In this document: piece after piece, positions 56,499-63,909 of the stretch | Layout: every line of letters begins with the position of its first letter | Numbering within the stretch: position 1 is the stretch's first letter | IMG/VR virus record: IMGVR_UViG_3300009180_000039 | Location: 6,243 to 70,242 of that record | Direction: 5' to 3' (one strand) | From: a virus | Length of the DNA stretch: 64,000 nt | The notes under the pieces: model-generated | Seen by the model: only the letters and a program-made list of their open reading frames with translations | Database searches by the model: none | What the model was told of the DNA's origin: nothing | Translations under genes and position numbers: made by a program

Positions 56499-56800
56499 TG
56501 CCCTCAAACATCGTAGCCCAGTTATCCCGTAGAATCCGCAAGCATTACCCTAATCTCAAGTATCGGATTATTCGCGGTCGGCTAGCCGACGCATTTGCTA
56601 CGACACACCTGCAAGCCGAATCGGGCACGTATATCATAACCATCGATAGAGATGTCAAGCCTGATTTGGCGGCTTTTCTGCTCTGCCATGAAATTTCACA
56701 TGCAATTTCATGGAATTTTGACGCGGTTGAACACGGCGACGGTTTTTGGTCTGCGTACCGGCAGGTGTATCGATTATACGAGGACTTTACCGCAGGATAG
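56498..56800 (+). CDS. Small zincin-like metallopeptidase (HExxH)
   Basis: LLCHEISHA...HG..F motif. Confidence 0.75.
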   Translation: MPSNIVAQLSRRIRKHYPNLKYRIIRGRLADAFATTHLQAESGTYIITIDRDVKPDLAAFLLCHEISHAISWNFDAVEHGDGFWSAYRQVYRLYEDFTAG

Positions 56801-56811
56801 GGTGACGAGGA

Positions 56812-57642
56812 CTAGGTTTTCTTTTTCGTGTACTTCAATGGGGTTTTTAGTGCTGTCTCTAAATCCCATCCACGGCTTATCCGATTCCTTACCGTGCCAT
56901 CATCAATACCGTGTTCTTTCGCCATCTTAGATAACCCGGCAATAAACTTGGTTTTCTTCTGCATTGGCTTAGCCAGGGCATCCTCGGCACTCCATCCCCT
57001 ACCTAATCGCCAAGCTACTGCATTCGGGCAAACTTGAAACTGTTCAGCAAACGCAACTAGCGGCTTAGTCTCGCCAAAAGCAGTAAGTAGCCGATTGTTA
57101 CGTCTGTTTCTGCCCTGCTCTTCTGGTGTAGCCCACCGGCAATTTTCGGGGCAATAGTTACCGTTTACGTCTTTGCGGTCGATTGAGTGTCTAGCGGACG
57201 GTGCCCGTCCTACGCACGACAAGAAGTAGGTGAACCCTGTTTGGGGGTCTAGCCATTCACTACAGACTACAATCCCCCTTCCTCCGTAGTTGTGGTACTC
57301 TTTTGCATTTTCGTTGTAGCAGCTAAAAATCATCCTTCTCCATGCGCGATACTCCTTTGTTCCGTTATTTGTGGCTTCGCCGTGTTTGGCATTGTCTCTA
57401 TTTCGCTGGGCTGTTGCCTCTCGTGTTAGGCACCCACAACTCCTTGCCTTGCCGTTAGCGACTTCGTAGTACCTAGCTACGTGTACGTTACCACAACTAC
57501 ATTCGCAGACAATTCTGGGTATTGGTGTCCCGTTAGGCTGCCTTACCCAGAAAATAGGACCAATAGAAGACAGTCTCCCGCTTGTGATAGGGGTAAAGTC
57601 TGTGTCGATTCTGATGGAATGGTGTATACTATGGTTAGCCAT
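56812..57642 (-). CDS. HNH endonuclease 3 (free-standing, duplicated C-terminal DNA-binding repeat)
   Basis: Same motif set as HNH1/2; two R..RGW..E.AL..P repeats. Confidence 0.9.
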   Translation of the reverse strand: MANHSIHHSIRIDTDFTPITSGRLSSIGPIFWVRQPNGTPIPRIVCECSCGNVHVARYYEVANGKARSCGCLTREATAQRNRDNAKHGEATNNGTKEYRAWRRMIFSCYNENAKEYHNYGGRGIVVCSEWLDPQTGFTYFLSCVGRAPSARHSIDRKDVNGNYCPENCRWATPEEQGRNRRNNRLLTAFGETKPLVAFAEQFQVCPNAVAWRLGRGWSAEDALAKPMQKKTKFIAGLSKMAKEHGIDDGTVRNRISRGWDLETALKTPLKYTKKKT

Positions 57643-57714
57643 GATGACATTTATCCTGTCGTTAGGGTTAGTAGATGCCTAGTGGAGACGACCACTAGGC
57701 ATCTACCTATTATA
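57602..57714. promoter_or_regulatory. Convergent promoter / hairpin cassette of HNH3 (divergent version)
   Basis: Minus TATAAT (57714-57709); 15-bp hairpin 57671-57706; plus TATACT (57625-57630) inside the ORF with a weak -35. Confidence 0.55.
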
Positions 57715-57777
57715 CACTACGACACAGAAAAGTATATGTTTTTCTGTGTAAACTGTCCAACAAGGAATAGTAATGCT

Positions 57778-58419
57778 ATGGCGAGACGAAAGCGTGCAAC
57801 AAGTCAGGACTCCGAAGCTTTTCAGGGCATGCCAAGAAGGTTTAAGCCAAAAAATGAGGCCCAATCCAGGCTGTGGGACATAATAGGGCAGAATACTGTG
57901 ATTTTTGTGCTCGGCCCCCCAGGCAGCGCAAAGACGTTTGTAGCTACTTCTTGGGCGTTAGATGCAGTGCAACGCGGAGAATTTGGTCGCGTGGTTATGA
58001 CCCGCCCTCTTATCCAAAGCACGGAGTCTACCGGCTGGCTAAAAGGGTCGATAGAGGATAAAACGGCTCCGTTTATGCGTCCTATGACAGATATCATGCG
58101 GAAGATATCCCCTAAAGAGCCGGAGATAGACGTAATCCCGCTTGCCTTTATGCGGGGCATCACCTTAGACCATTGTGTGGGACTATTGGACGAAGCCCAG
58201 AACTGTAACGTGCCCCAACTTAAACTGTATCTAACTCGCCTTGGTGAAAAGGCGAAGTTAATCATTAGTGGCGACACGGATCAAGTGGACGTAAACGATA
58301 GCGGTCTGCTTCAAGTGGCGGAAAAATTACGTGGATTACCGGGAGTCGCTGTGTTCGAGTTCACTAAAGCTGATATAGTACGCCATCCTTTGGTTGGGGC
58401 GATGCTAGATAGGTTCTAG
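57778..58419 (+). CDS. phoH: PhoH-family ATPase
   Basis: GPPGSAKT, TRP, K..PF, PLAFMRG.T, DEAQN, LTRLG, GD..Q.D, DIVRHPLV; start moved to MARRKR. Confidence 0.95.
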   Translation: MARRKRATSQDSEAFQGMPRRFKPKNEAQSRLWDIIGQNTVIFVLGPPGSAKTFVATSWALDAVQRGEFGRVVMTRPLIQSTESTGWLKGSIEDKTAPFMRPMTDIMRKISPKEPEIDVIPLAFMRGITLDHCVGLLDEAQNCNVPQLKLYLTRLGEKAKLIISGDTDQVDVNDSGLLQVAEKLRGLPGVAVFEFTKADIVRHPLVGAMLDRF

Positions 58420-58610
58420 GCTCGGCGATTCCAGTCAGCAATAGCCACGTCTCTATCGTACCGCATCCCATCGGGGCAGGAGACTGCCCCACAGCCCGTA
58501 CACTCTACTTTCCAGTCCCCGATATCATCTCTCTGGTAACAGGGGACGGCTTCGCCGCCGCAGAACGGGCAGGGCAATAGGTGGGTCCATTGGACTGTGG
58601 TTGATTTCAT
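58416..58610 (-). CDS. Lar-like (restriction alleviation family) Zn-ribbon protein
   Basis: L.PCPFCGGEA...C..CG...AI..WNRRA. Confidence 0.8.
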   Translation of the reverse strand: MKSTTVQWTHLLPCPFCGGEAVPCYQRDDIGDWKVECTGCGAVSCPDGMRYDRDVAIADWNRRA

Positions 58611-58659
58611 TTGGGCTAGTAGCCTAGCACTAGATGTAGGGCTTTTCTGTGGTCCTAGG

Positions 58660-58932
58660 TCACTCATCGCTAGAGATGCTCCAGTCTTCATCATAGGAAA
58701 CATCGGCCAGTTTCACTGGCAACCTGCCTCTGTCGCATAGCCAACTATCGTTGGCAGGGCGGCAAGCATACGAAACGATATGTACTGGTCCCTTGTCGCA
58801 TAGCCACTCGATCATGTCACACAACCGCAGGCTGTGCCCCTCGTTGATGAGTTCCCCATTGGCATACATGCCAGCCCAGTCATCGGCATAGACTTCGACT
58901 AGCTTAATCTCTTGTACTTTGCTCATCGGCAA
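58660..58932 (-). CDS. Hypothetical protein
   Basis: DDW.G.Y..G.L..EGHS motif. Confidence 0.65.
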   Translation of the reverse strand: MPMSKVQEIKLVEVYADDWAGMYANGELINEGHSLRLCDMIEWLCDKGPVHIVSYACRPANDSWLCDRGRLPVKLADVSYDEDWSISSDE

Positions 58933-59137
58933 TCGCTTTCCATCGGGGTTCCCCGATCAATCTGAAGGTCAAACTATCCTCTGCCCATCTTATAATCACA
59001 GCATCCTGTACGAAACGTCGGTCCCCGACGACCCCGCTAACGGACGCGAAGCCGTGCCATCCCTTACTGATTGCCATGAACAGATCGGGCTGTGGCACAT
59101 ATTCTACCGTAGCTGTAGTCTCTAGGACATCGGGCAT
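58904..59137 (-). CDS. Hypothetical protein
   Basis: 77-aa ORF in the run. Confidence 0.5.
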   Translation of the reverse strand: MPDVLETTATVEYVPQPDLFMAISKGWHGFASVSGVVGDRRFVQDAVIIRWAEDSLTFRLIGEPRWKAIADEQSTRD

Positions 59138-59195
59138 ATACGTCTTCCAGGGACGATTGGCCCAGACCGGGCCCTTGGAGGGTTCCCTCCCTTGG

Positions 59196-59256
59196 CCTAG
59201 TACCTAGTACCTAGTACCTAGTACCTAGTACCTAGTACCTAGTACCTAGTGCCTAG
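59196..59256. repeat. Heptamer tandem array (CCTAGTA)7 + 1.7 degenerate units
   Basis: Read directly; reverse complement of the array at 63910. Confidence 0.97.
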
Positions 59257-59269
59257 GCAGATAGTGGCA

Positions 59270-59665
59270 TTATTCATTCGGTCTCCCCAACCACTGGATA
59301 GCGTAGTTGCTTCCTCTCTTGCATGGAATGAACCTACCAACAAAGATACCCTTGTGCATGTCAATCTGCTTGAGCATCTTAACGAAGTCAGCGAAGAACA
59401 TCTGGTAACGGTTCCCGTTAGTGACACTATGGACCACGAGCCTAGCCGCTGACTGGCCCCGCTCAGTGTCCACTAGGACTAGGGTATCCTCGAACTCGGT
59501 TGCTGGTTCGTATTTTAGTGGTAATGATCTCCGAATTGGAAAGTTGTGGTAGAACATGCTACGTTCCTCTAGGTCGATGTACGGCCCGTTGTCGGTAATG
59601 TACTCCCGCACCCCTTCGCACTCGACATAGGGAACCATCAATGGTTCTTTGGGTTTCTTAGTCAT
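59270..59665 (-). CDS. Hypothetical protein
   Basis: RG.SAA...Y.MF..D...G.F...KRG.NY motif I recall from phage hypothetical proteins. Confidence 0.75.
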   Translation of the reverse strand: MTKKPKEPLMVPYVECEGVREYITDNGPYIDLEERSMFYHNFPIRRSLPLKYEPATEFEDTLVLVDTERGQSAARLVVHSVTNGNRYQMFFADFVKMLKQIDMHKGIFVGRFIPCKRGSNYAIQWLGRPNE

Positions 59666-60140
59666 TGGATCGGTTCCCGATATACTGAATGACTACCTTG
59701 TACATATCATTGTTCTTATCGTCAGTAAAGAACCCAGTAACAGATTCCTCGTCAGCAACTTCGCGTGCCTCGATAAGGCTGACAGCGAGCATAGTAACAG
59801 GGCACTCCTCAGTTTCCAGGTCGATTTGCTGTTGAGCAGCGTGCGACGGACAGCAAGCAGAGGGCGTGCAACGCCCAAGCTTGACAACGCCCTCTTGATG
59901 TGCTTTCCATATCTTCAGCATTGTCTTTATGTCTTCTTTATCTTTCGATAGCTTGATTAGGTACTTTTCATCAAGAGCCAACAGATTGTACCGTTGTACT
60001 CCGCCCCAATTATCTTCGAGTAGGATAATCTCCCAGTGGTGTTTGTTAACGAGTAATGAAAACACACCACGTCGAGGATCAAAGAATACCCCTTCACCTA
60101 GTCGCTCGGCTACTGCTTTGTGGTCGCTATTTACTTTCAT
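59658..60140 (-). CDS. Hypothetical protein
   Basis: 160-aa coupled ORF. Confidence 0.65.
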   Translation of the reverse strand: MKVNSDHKAVAERLGEGVFFDPRRGVFSLLVNKHHWEIILLEDNWGGVQRYNLLALDEKYLIKLSKDKEDIKTMLKIWKAHQEGVVKLGRCTPSACCPSHAAQQQIDLETEECPVTMLAVSLIEAREVADEESVTGFFTDDKNNDMYKVVIQYIGNRSND

Positions 60141-60615
60141 GCTTTTTCTTTGCTTTGATTCTTGCCTTTCGGCGTGATTGAATTTCTGACTCTGTGATGC
60201 CTTGGAACATAGCCACAGGATTCGGCAAAAGCCGAATAGATTGTGCTAAGTTACCATATCCGATGGCTTTCGCAACCGGGAAGTTATTTTCCGAAAGCAG
60301 ATACCACTCCTCCACCAGTATCTTGACTGAGATCCTCAGTCCCTTGAGCCCGGTAGTCTTCTCTATCTCCTCAATGAACTTAGGCTTAGTGATTGCTGCA
60401 ACGGGCGGTCGCCCGTTAGGCAGAGGCTTCCTATAGCTTTTGAGTGCGTCCCGCACCACAGACGGTGCGTAGCCCGTCATTTGGGTTACGGCAGCGTAGG
60501 TCATGTGGACCCCAAGGCTCTTGGCGGCTGATAGTATCTCGCTCTTTGCCCGCTTGCTGGGCAGGAGCGTAGTTTTGTTGGTTTTCCTGGCCATTACTGC
60601 TAGATCCCATGCCAT
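60127..60615 (-). CDS. Basic hypothetical protein with possible HTH (start uncertain)
   Basis: TYAAVTQMTGYAPSVVRDAL is HTH-like. Confidence 0.6.
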   Translation of the reverse strand: MAWDLAVMARKTNKTTLLPSKRAKSEILSAAKSLGVHMTYAAVTQMTGYAPSVVRDALKSYRKPLPNGRPPVAAITKPKFIEEIEKTTGLKGLRISVKILVEEWYLLSENNFPVAKAIGYGNLAQSIRLLPNPVAMFQGITESEIQSRRKARIKAKKKHESK

Positions 60616-61439
60616 TCCGCAGGCATCATATTTTCCGGGAGCCCCGAAGTGAACCATTTTGTGGGGTAGGCAGTATTCTTCTGCCCATACCCCATAGCTC
60701 GGAGTCTTCCGAGCCAACTGAAACTACTGTTTCCGATAGCAAAGTAAGGCACATAAGCCATGCTGTAAAGCTGGGTAGCTGCATCCGAAATATAGTCCTC
60801 GGCATACAGCGCATCCTTGAAGCCTAACTCAGGCACCAAATGCTCTTTGCACCAAGGTACATCGTCGCTGTAAACGACCAACTGCTCAGAGGCTCCCAAA
60901 CCTCCATTTTTGCCCCTTAGAAGCGAGATCGCTTCCTTGTAGTAGTCTACGCCCATGACCCCGTGGAACGCGAATGCGTTCGGTTGGGTGATGTAGTCGC
61001 CCCGGCGGACATGGATACCTATTGCTTCGAATGATAGCTTATGTAGGAAAGTGCTAAATCCCATCCATGCGGTGTCACCTATCATTTTAGATGTAGTGAA
61101 CATGAACCGTAAGTCCTCGTAACTAGGCAATGCAGCGAGTCGCTGCCAGTAGCCCTGCACAACATAGTCCTTACCGTCATTAGGCACGCTAGATGCCTCC
61201 CATTCGAGCGATATCGCTTCTGGTGGAACTTGGTCCACCGTAGCTGCGGGAACCCGCAGAAGGGTGTTTAGCTCGAATTGGCGAGGGGTAATGCCACTGT
61301 TCTTGTCTTGGTGTGACTTCAGGAAGCTAAGGTCGCATACGACCTCTGCTCCTATTGGCTGTGCCAGCCGCGTAGCGGCTGCGAATTGTATTGCGGTATT
61401 CGCAAGGCCGCCCAGAAGGGTAACATATAGCTTGCTCAC
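60600..61439 (-). CDS. GT11 alpha-1,2-fucosyltransferase-like protein
   Basis: GGLAN..QFA, GYWQ, GIHVRRGDY (GDP-sugar binding), YSDD..WC, NSSFSW; GTG start coupled to the upstream TGA. Confidence 0.9.
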   Translation of the reverse strand: MSKLYVTLLGGLANTAIQFAAATRLAQPIGAEVVCDLSFLKSHQDKNSGITPRQFELNTLLRVPAATVDQVPPEAISLEWEASSVPNDGKDYVVQGYWQRLAALPSYEDLRFMFTTSKMIGDTAWMGFSTFLHKLSFEAIGIHVRRGDYITQPNAFAFHGVMGVDYYKEAISLLRGKNGGLGASEQLVVYSDDVPWCKEHLVPELGFKDALYAEDYISDAATQLYSMAYVPYFAIGNSSFSWLGRLRAMGYGQKNTAYPTKWFTSGLPENMMPAEWHGI

Positions 61440-61837
61440 TTGGCAATCTCCGCAATCTTTTCCAGTAGGACCACTCTCGGTGCAACCGAGACTTTGACCA
61501 ACTTGTAGGTGTTCTCTCCCAAGATAATGACACCTGCGACGCACAGACCTATCGCAAACAGAACTTGGAATATGCCCGCGACGAGTATCTCGTCTCCCCA
61601 TTCGTAGTTGTTTTCGGCTCTTTTGAGGGTGCTTGGTACAAAGTAAGCCAGTACAAATGAACTGACAAGCAGTACCGCACCTAGTATTACGCAGAACAGG
61701 GTAGCTGCCCAATACCAGTTCAGGTACTCGGTCACCACAAGCGGAATCTCAGATTCCACAAACGCGGAACCGCGTTCAATGCGTTCGGCACCTGCTTGCA
61801 GGTATTTGAGCAGTAGGTCTTTTGTTTCTTCGTTCAT
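61436..61837 (-). CDS. Two-TM membrane protein
   Basis: F...EIP.VV.EYL.W, two TM segments, APRV.L motif. Confidence 0.75.
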   Translation of the reverse strand: MNEETKDLLLKYLQAGAERIERGSAFVESEIPLVVTEYLNWYWAATLFCVILGAVLLVSSFVLAYFVPSTLKRAENNYEWGDEILVAGIFQVLFAIGLCVAGVIILGENTYKLVKVSVAPRVVLLEKIAEIAK

Positions 61838-61879
61838 TTGGCAGTTTTCCCACTTATGAAAAGTCGTTAAAATACGAAA

Positions 61880-62029
61880 AGGTTCCGGCAGGACTGGCTA
61901 CCTGCAACGGGGGCCGTTGTTAGACATCCGGCTTTCAACCATCTGGTCATCCCCCAGGGGCTTTCGGCGACTGCCGCCCGCTCCCCTTGCCTTACCCTGC
62001 AATCCGTTAGTTATTCAGCCACGGAACCT
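61880..62029 (-). ncRNA. Structured RNA candidate (~150 nt) with tRNA-like closing helices
   Basis: AGGTTCCG/CGGAACCT terminal stem, adjacent GCAGG-TAGCCAGT-CCTGC hairpin, AACGG/CCGTT helix, GC-rich internal stems; intergenic; strand inferred from context. Confidence 0.6.
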
Positions 62030-62113
62030 AAGTTGCCCTGCCTCAACTTGTCTGGCTAGGAGCTAACTTGCTATCAGTATACGCCGGGAACCGGCCCTTG
62101 TGGGGAGAAATTG

Positions 62114-62278
62114 CTAGAATTTCTTGAACTCATCTACGCCATGTATCTTGCAATGGCACTTATAGCAAACCACTTGGATGTCGCTACGCTATTCCTTGCC
62201 AAGTGGTTGTAAAACGACGGCATCATTGTCCTCCAGGTGCCTGATGATTTCTTTGTGTGCGTTTCTTTCTGGTTTCAT
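62114..62278 (-). pseudogene. Small ORF with in-frame TAG followed by an HNH C-terminal relic
   Basis: ...LGKE*RSDIQVVCYKCHCKIHG resembles the LG.E...D...LC..CH...H end of small HNH nucleases. Confidence 0.5.
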
Positions 62279-62496
62279 TCTTCTAACTTCCACCCTTTCG
62301 ATGTTGCTACCCACGGCCCGGAAAGCTTTTCCCGGCTGCCTGTTTTTACTTCCCGGATCACGCCGTTGTGTAACACCCCGCACCGAAACGTCTTCCCGCT
62401 CCTGATGTGTACCAGGGCGACGGGGCCCAGGACGCAGGCAGCGGTCCATTTATCGACCTCGTACTCGCCGCTATCTTCGTTGTACTCCAACTTCAT
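62275..62496 (-). CDS. Hypothetical protein
   Basis: 73-aa ORF, AGGGG RBS, ATGA-coupled to the next ORF. Confidence 0.6.
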   Translation of the reverse strand: MKLEYNEDSGEYEVDKWTAACVLGPVALVHIRSGKTFRCGVLHNGVIREVKTGSREKLSGPWVATSKGWKLEE

Positions 62497-62673
62497 AATT
62501 TTCCCCTAAAGTAAAATGGAAACCCAGGATTACCGCTCCTGGCCGCGCCGGTCGCAAATCGACGCTGTTCGTCATGCTCGAAAGTTTCGCCCGGACCTTT
62601 TGCTTGCCCGTCCGAAGTATTCTACACAAAATACCTAACGTGGGAAATGTTTTTTCAAATCTTTTCTTGGCTC

Positions 62674-63783
62674 TCATTGATTTGGTTTCTCCTTTAATGA
62701 AACGACTATCCCGGCCTTTTTGAAACGGGCCACCATCACCCGGCGAACATAATCCACTTTGTTTATAGGCACCATGACTTCATCATGGCAAGTAATCACA
62801 GGAATTCCCTTGTAGTCTTTGGTTATCGTTGCGGCAACACCGTCGATCATTATTAGAGATTCAAGTGATTGCATATCGTGGGCCACACGCTGATATCCTC
62901 CTTCGACCTTGCGTTGCCGCAAGTAGGAAGCCACGCTGGGCCATCTGCATTCGATTACCTGGAAGTAGGGGCACTTTTCCATAGCCCACACACGGTCGAA
63001 AATGGTTTTGATTACGGAGTTCTTGATCGTAGCACGATCATTAACCCCAATTTCGTTGCCGAATTCCTCGTACAGAACACCCCGTTGACATAGGCTTTCC
63101 CATTCCAGGGCATCAGGGCCGGGGAATCTTCGCTTGGCTAATAGCCCGAGTAACGCAGGCTGGCAGCATTGTACATCAATGGCCGTCAACGGCCACCGGG
63201 ACTGTAGGTAGTGGCGATGTTTGCAGTTGGTAAAGTTGCTATGGAACCTGCCAAAGTCACAGCGTAGGGCAAACCAATTCTTTTGGCGAATCCTGGACGC
63301 GGTGAACATTTGCCATGGGTTACCAAAATCCAGGCAATCAGGAAGCCACACAGAAGCAAACCGGGAATAGAGTTCCTTGGAAATTGGGTCCAAGTTGAAG
63401 TTGAATGGAGAGCTACGGGGTTTTCGGCTCAGGGTGTGGTAGTCGGCTTCGCCGCTCAGGTATTCAGGCTGGAAACGGATGGACTGAGAAAAAGACGATC
63501 CAGGCTCATTGGAATACCTATCGTTGAAGTCAAACAGGTGGCTATGTTCTCTGGCCGCCTGTTTGGCTTTATGGGCGTAATTTCCGCCATAAGTATAATG
63601 CAATTGGTTGTAGCTAAGGGGTACGTAATGCCTGTAGTCTATGTACGCATCACGAGAAGCCGTCATGCACATTAGCCACCAAGCAAGGCGGGCTACTTCG
63701 TCGGCCCATTCCCCTTGGATATTAGAATTTTTGGGAACAGGAATGACCAGTTTGTTGACGGGATCTTGGTCACAGTGTATCAT
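62674..63783 (-). CDS. Small superfamily-A-like polymerase (TV-Pol-like; candidate primase-polymerase/Rep)
   Basis: GRFHS..TN, motif A IDVQCCQP, motif B-like R...K...., MQSLES, motif C CHD; no exonuclease; extra N-terminal domain. Confidence 0.75.
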   Translation of the reverse strand: MIHCDQDPVNKLVIPVPKNSNIQGEWADEVARLAWWLMCMTASRDAYIDYRHYVPLSYNQLHYTYGGNYAHKAKQAAREHSHLFDFNDRYSNEPGSSFSQSIRFQPEYLSGEADYHTLSRKPRSSPFNFNLDPISKELYSRFASVWLPDCLDFGNPWQMFTASRIRQKNWFALRCDFGRFHSNFTNCKHRHYLQSRWPLTAIDVQCCQPALLGLLAKRRFPGPDALEWESLCQRGVLYEEFGNEIGVNDRATIKNSVIKTIFDRVWAMEKCPYFQVIECRWPSVASYLRQRKVEGGYQRVAHDMQSLESLIMIDGVAATITKDYKGIPVITCHDEVMVPINKVDYVRRVMVARFKKAGIVVSLKEKPNQ

Positions 63784-63896
63784 GTAGCTATGGCTTTCTG
63801 GGCAGTGCGGTGTCTGGAACGCTTAGAAAAGCCGTTGGCGGTGAACCAACGGCTTTTCGCTTTTACCCATTGTACGGGGTTTCGGGATTTTGTCAA
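63755..63896. promoter_or_regulatory. Convergent promoter / hairpin / antisense-RNA cassette of the small polymerase
   Basis: Minus TTGACA-16-TACAAT (63896-63869); 13-bp hairpin 63826-63858; plus TTGACG-17-TATCAT (63755-63783) overlapping the ATG. Confidence 0.8.
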
Positions 63897-63909
63897 AAAT
63901 AACCTAGCC

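Noticed and set aside
57481-57777. 99-aa N-terminal extension of PhoH, and similar extensions on ORFs ending at 45191, 45826, 49411 and 61712
   Set aside because: These extensions run through neighbouring genes or promoter/hairpin DNA; downstream starts with RBS or stop-start coupling fit the family domain boundaries.
61880-62029. tmRNA or intron-containing tRNA
   Set aside because: Only ~150 nt, no G3:U70 pair, no tag ORF, non-canonical T-loop and no D stem.
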